Virus record (IMG/VR): IMGVR_UViG_3300006927_000005
Strand: one strand, 5' to 3'
DNA length: 20,000 bases
Source: an uncultured virus (IMG/VR IMGVR_UViG_3300006927_000005)
Lineage: Duplodnaviria > Heunggongvirae > Uroviricota > Caudoviricetes
The translations under genes and the position numbers were made by a program. Of the stretch, positions 16,888 through 20,000 are shown one piece after another. How positions within the stretch are numbered: position 1 is the first letter of the stretch; the number at the start of each line of letters is the position of its first letter. The notes beneath the pieces are model-generated. The model saw nothing but the letters and a program-made list of their open reading frames with translations. It ran no database searches and was not told the origin of the DNA.

Positions 16888-17745
16888 ATGGTGGATATAT
16901 TGCTATCATGTTTGACGTTCAAGGAATATACAGGTTCCGAGATTTATTTTTATGAAATAGCCACCGCACTACATAAAGCAGGTCATAATGTACATCTCTT
17001 CTCACCTATTCATGGGTCACCTCTCACTGATAAAATAGACAATGTATTTTTCGCAGATAGATATAGTGTAGATAACATGCAATACGATATAGTTATATTT
17101 TCACATGGAAATGTTATATGGGATTACATAAAAAATGTTAAGGCAAAAAAATTTATAAATGTTGTTCATTCAGAAGTACTAGAATTAGAAGAACCACTTA
17201 TTAATTCAAAAGTAGATTTATATGTAGGCATAAGACCATCAATTGTTGAGTTTATTAAAAGTAAAATAACTCCTACACACCAGTTTCAACTGGACTTCTG
17301 TCAAGTTGAATTAATATATAATCCATTTGATTTCGATAGATTTAATTCTAAAAAATGTAAGAAGAATAATAAAAAAGATAAAACAGTCCTCTTTCCAGGA
17401 AGCTTGGATTATTTGCGATATAAACCGTTAAGATATTTACTTGATCTCTCCGAAAAACAAAATTTTAAAGTTATACACGTTGGTAGAAACGACTATTCTA
17501 TAGTACACCCTAATTTTATTACCTATGAGCCCGCTTGGAACGTGGAAAAATATTATAAAAAATGTGATATTGTATCAGGTATATTTTTAGGCCGAACTTC
17601 TATAGAGGGACTATTATGCGGTAAAAAGATATTACAATTTGATGTTGATAATAAAGGTAATATAAAACAAGTATATTGGCATACTGAAGATAATTTACAA
17701 AAATTTAATAAACATACAATAGCAAAACAACTTCTTTGTGAATAA
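16888..17745 (+). CDS. Glycosyltransferase, GT-B (GT4-like)
   Basis: TGSEIY...LHKAGHNVHLFS, IYNPFDFDRF, GRTSIEGLLCGK. Confidence 0.8.
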   Translation: MVDILLSCLTFKEYTGSEIYFYEIATALHKAGHNVHLFSPIHGSPLTDKIDNVFFADRYSVDNMQYDIVIFSHGNVIWDYIKNVKAKKFINVVHSEVLELEEPLINSKVDLYVGIRPSIVEFIKSKITPTHQFQLDFCQVELIYNPFDFDRFNSKKCKKNNKKDKTVLFPGSLDYLRYKPLRYLLDLSEKQNFKVIHVGRNDYSIVHPNFITYEPAWNVEKYYKKCDIVSGIFLGRTSIEGLLCGKKILQFDVDNKGNIKQVYWHTEDNLQKFNKHTIAKQLLCE

Positions 17746-19498
17746 GAAAATACATATAGTTTTAAGTTACAAAAATAGAAAGACTCAATTTCTTTATACA
17801 TTAAAAAAATTAGATGAATTTAATTTTTTAGATAAGTCCACAAATAGATTAACAGTCATAGTTGTTGATGACGGTAGTGATGATGATAATAGATTAGAGG
17901 ATATTATAGATAATTATAATTTTAAAATAACTTTATTTAGAATAGAGCCTGAACAAAAAACTTGGGAAAATTATACTTGTGTACAATATAATATAGGATT
18001 TCGCTTAATTGACGGTAACGATGATGATCTTGTAATTTTACAAAACCCTGAATGTGTACATAAAGGTAATATTTTAAAATATTCTTTAGATAATGTAACT
18101 CATAAAGATTATCTTGTATATAGCTGTATTAACTTATTTGAAAAGCAAACTCAAAGTATACTGACAACAGATACTTGTCAGCTTGGCCCGGACCACGTCG
18201 GTCCTGAAGGATCGCGAGGTATTCTAGTAGGCGGTATTGACTGGTATGTTCATCCAAAGTGGAATCCTAGATATTTTCATTTTTGCAGTTGTATGACGTA
18301 TAAAAATTTAAAAAAACTTAACGGTTTTGATATGAGATTTATATACGGTCATGCATTTGATGATGATGAACTTGCTTTAAGAATTGAGAGGTTAGGTTTA
18401 AATAGAAAAATTATTTTAGATCCGTATGTTTGTCATTTATATCATAAAAGGTTCGATCCAACCCCAGATGATAAAAAACGGTGGTCTAGTCTGTTTTATA
18501 ATAGAGACTTATTTGAAAGTATAAAAAAATCAGATACTGAAACTTATGCAGTTAATAAAAATACTTTATTTGGACTACCTGACGACATTACTACTATATT
18601 TTCCCAAGATTGGGGATTTGATCAGATTCCTAATTTTGAATTAGTTACAACAAAAATACCAAAAATTGCTAATTTTTATTGGGGTGGAGATAAGATGTCT
18701 TTTTTGCGCTATTTGACTCTTTTTTCTTTTGTGAAATATAATCCAGAATGGGAAGTTCGGTTATATGTACCACGTAAACCTTCGAATAGTACAGGTAATG
18801 ATGGTATTCATTCTTGGAAAGATCAAGTTGACGATAAAGATTACCTTAAACTCTTACCGAAGGAAGTAAAAATAATTAAAGCGGATTTTGCAAACAGCTT
18901 CATAGGAGATGACGCACCTGAAGCACATAGATCTGATCTGTTAGGGTGGCAAATATTATCTACCACAGGAGGTCTTTGGTGTGATATGGATATTTTATTT
19001 TGTAAACCAGTCATTCCAATTGATGGCTCTCAGGTATTTTATTCTCACGATACATTTATATGTTTTGACGACAGAACTCAGTCAATACCTATAGGATTCT
19101 TTTTCTCTAGTCCAAAAAATCAAGCTTTTAAAACGGTATTACAGGCAAGTAAGAGACTTTATGATAAAAACGATTATCAATGTATAGGTACTAAAGCCAT
19201 ATCTTCTGTATTTGATAGTTTTGAAGACTGTAAGCGAAAATTCCCTGGCTTAAACATTGCAGCTATAAATCACGACGTCGTGTATAGGTATGATTTTTTA
19301 AATTTAGATAAATTATATAAAGAAAATAATTTCTCTCACATACTTCATAGTCAGGAGAGTGTAGGAATTCACTGGTACGGAGGACATCCACTAAGCCAGG
19401 AGTTTAATAATAAAATTAATATAGATAATTATGATAAATTAGAACTTAATACTATTACTGCAGCAATAAAATATTTGAATATAAAAGAAAATGAGTAA
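17738..19498 (+). CDS. Two-domain glycosyltransferase: N-terminal GT2-like plus C-terminal GT32-like DxD domain
   Basis: VIVVDDGSDD, NGFDMRF..G...DDDE; then IPKIANFYWGG, RSDLLGWQILSTTGGLWCDMD, IG, HWY. GTG start overlapping the upstream gene. Confidence 0.85.
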   Translation: MNKKIHIVLSYKNRKTQFLYTLKKLDEFNFLDKSTNRLTVIVVDDGSDDDNRLEDIIDNYNFKITLFRIEPEQKTWENYTCVQYNIGFRLIDGNDDDLVILQNPECVHKGNILKYSLDNVTHKDYLVYSCINLFEKQTQSILTTDTCQLGPDHVGPEGSRGILVGGIDWYVHPKWNPRYFHFCSCMTYKNLKKLNGFDMRFIYGHAFDDDELALRIERLGLNRKIILDPYVCHLYHKRFDPTPDDKKRWSSLFYNRDLFESIKKSDTETYAVNKNTLFGLPDDITTIFSQDWGFDQIPNFELVTTKIPKIANFYWGGDKMSFLRYLTLFSFVKYNPEWEVRLYVPRKPSNSTGNDGIHSWKDQVDDKDYLKLLPKEVKIIKADFANSFIGDDAPEAHRSDLLGWQILSTTGGLWCDMDILFCKPVIPIDGSQVFYSHDTFICFDDRTQSIPIGFFFSSPKNQAFKTVLQASKRLYDKNDYQCIGTKAISSVFDSFEDCKRKFPGLNIAAINHDVVYRYDFLNLDKLYKENNFSHILHSQESVGIHWYGGHPLSQEFNNKINIDNYDKLELNTITAAIKYLNIKENE

Positions 19499-20000
19499 AA
19501 AAACTATTATAACGGTTACTGGTATCAGGCCAGATTTTATAAGAATGTCTGAAATATTTAGATGTTTAGATGAAGATAAAGATATTAATCATATCTTAAT
19601 ACATACCGGTCAACATTATGATAAATTATTATCAGATGTTTTTTTTGATGATCTAGATATAAGACAACCGGATTATAATTTAGAAGTAGGTTCCTCCGAT
19701 AAAAAGCATTATCATCAACAAGCTGAGCTCGGCCCAAAAATGATTGAAACTATAGAAAAAAATAACTTAAACCCGGATATAATATTATTCTTAGGTGATA
19801 GTAATTCTATTCTCGCATCAGTACCTCTTAAAAAAGAAGGTTATAAAATTGGTCATATCGAAGCCGCGATGAGAAGTTATGATGAAAGGATGTTAGAAGA
19901 GATTAATCGTAAAGTTTGTGACCATGTCAGTGATATATTATTTGTATATCATGATAATTATAAGCAAAAAGCTTTAAGAGAAGGAATTCCTGAGAATAGA
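19491..20000 (+). CDS. wecB: UDP-N-acetylglucosamine 2-epimerase (WecB-like), N-terminal part
   Basis: Not in the ORF track; manual translation MSKKTIITVTGIRPDFIRM...HTGQHYD...PDYNL...LGDSNS...HIEAAMRSYDERMLEEINR. Confidence 0.88.
   Translation, partial: MSKKTIITVTGIRPDFIRMSEIFRCLDEDKDINHILIHTGQHYDKLLSDVFFDDLDIRQPDYNLEVGSSDKKHYHQQAELGPKMIETIEKNNLNPDIILFLGDSNSILASVPLKKEGYKIGHIEAAMRSYDERMLEEINRKVCDHVSDILFVYHDNYKQKALREGIPENR

Noticed and set aside
10080..17801. ORFs 10080..10265, 12013..12204, 12640..13002, 14054..14431, 14883..15068, 16542..16856, 17553..17801
   Set aside because: Overlap better-supported genes in another frame or strand and show no motifs or start signals.
1..20000. CRISPR array, rRNA, transposase, rho-independent terminators, alternative genetic code
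   Set aside because: No spaced direct repeats or RNA gene signatures seen; no convincing intergenic hairpin plus U-tract; genes are full length under the standard code, with TAA, TAG and TGA all used as stops.

Overview
AT-rich, gene-dense segment of a large T4-like (myovirus-type) phage genome. The left half is a minus-strand replication/recombination block: UvsY, UvsW, gp55 late sigma factor, gp47, gp46, a glycosyltransferase, gp43 family-B DNA polymerase, a small hypothetical gene and UvsX (cut by the window edge). The clamp/clamp-loader/regA genes usually found between gp46 and gp43 are replaced here by the glycosyltransferase. The right half is an accessory region: 7-deazaguanine precursor genes (folE, queD, queE), a 2OG-Fe(II) oxygenase, two paralogous SGNH-like hydrolases, a P-loop kinase, PhoH, two more glycosyltransferases and a UDP-GlcNAc 2-epimerase. 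Most notable: (1) two GC-rich, self-complementary, in-frame insertions in one SGNH paralog that are absent from the other; (2) two promoter classes (sigma70-like and T4-late TAAATA) only 3-9 nt before start codons, implying near-leaderless mRNAs, three times in back-to-back pairs; (3) substitutions in conserved DNA polymerase motifs (NSxYG to NRIYG; Exo II N to A) beside base-modification genes. All calls are from motif recognition by eye; no database searches were run.
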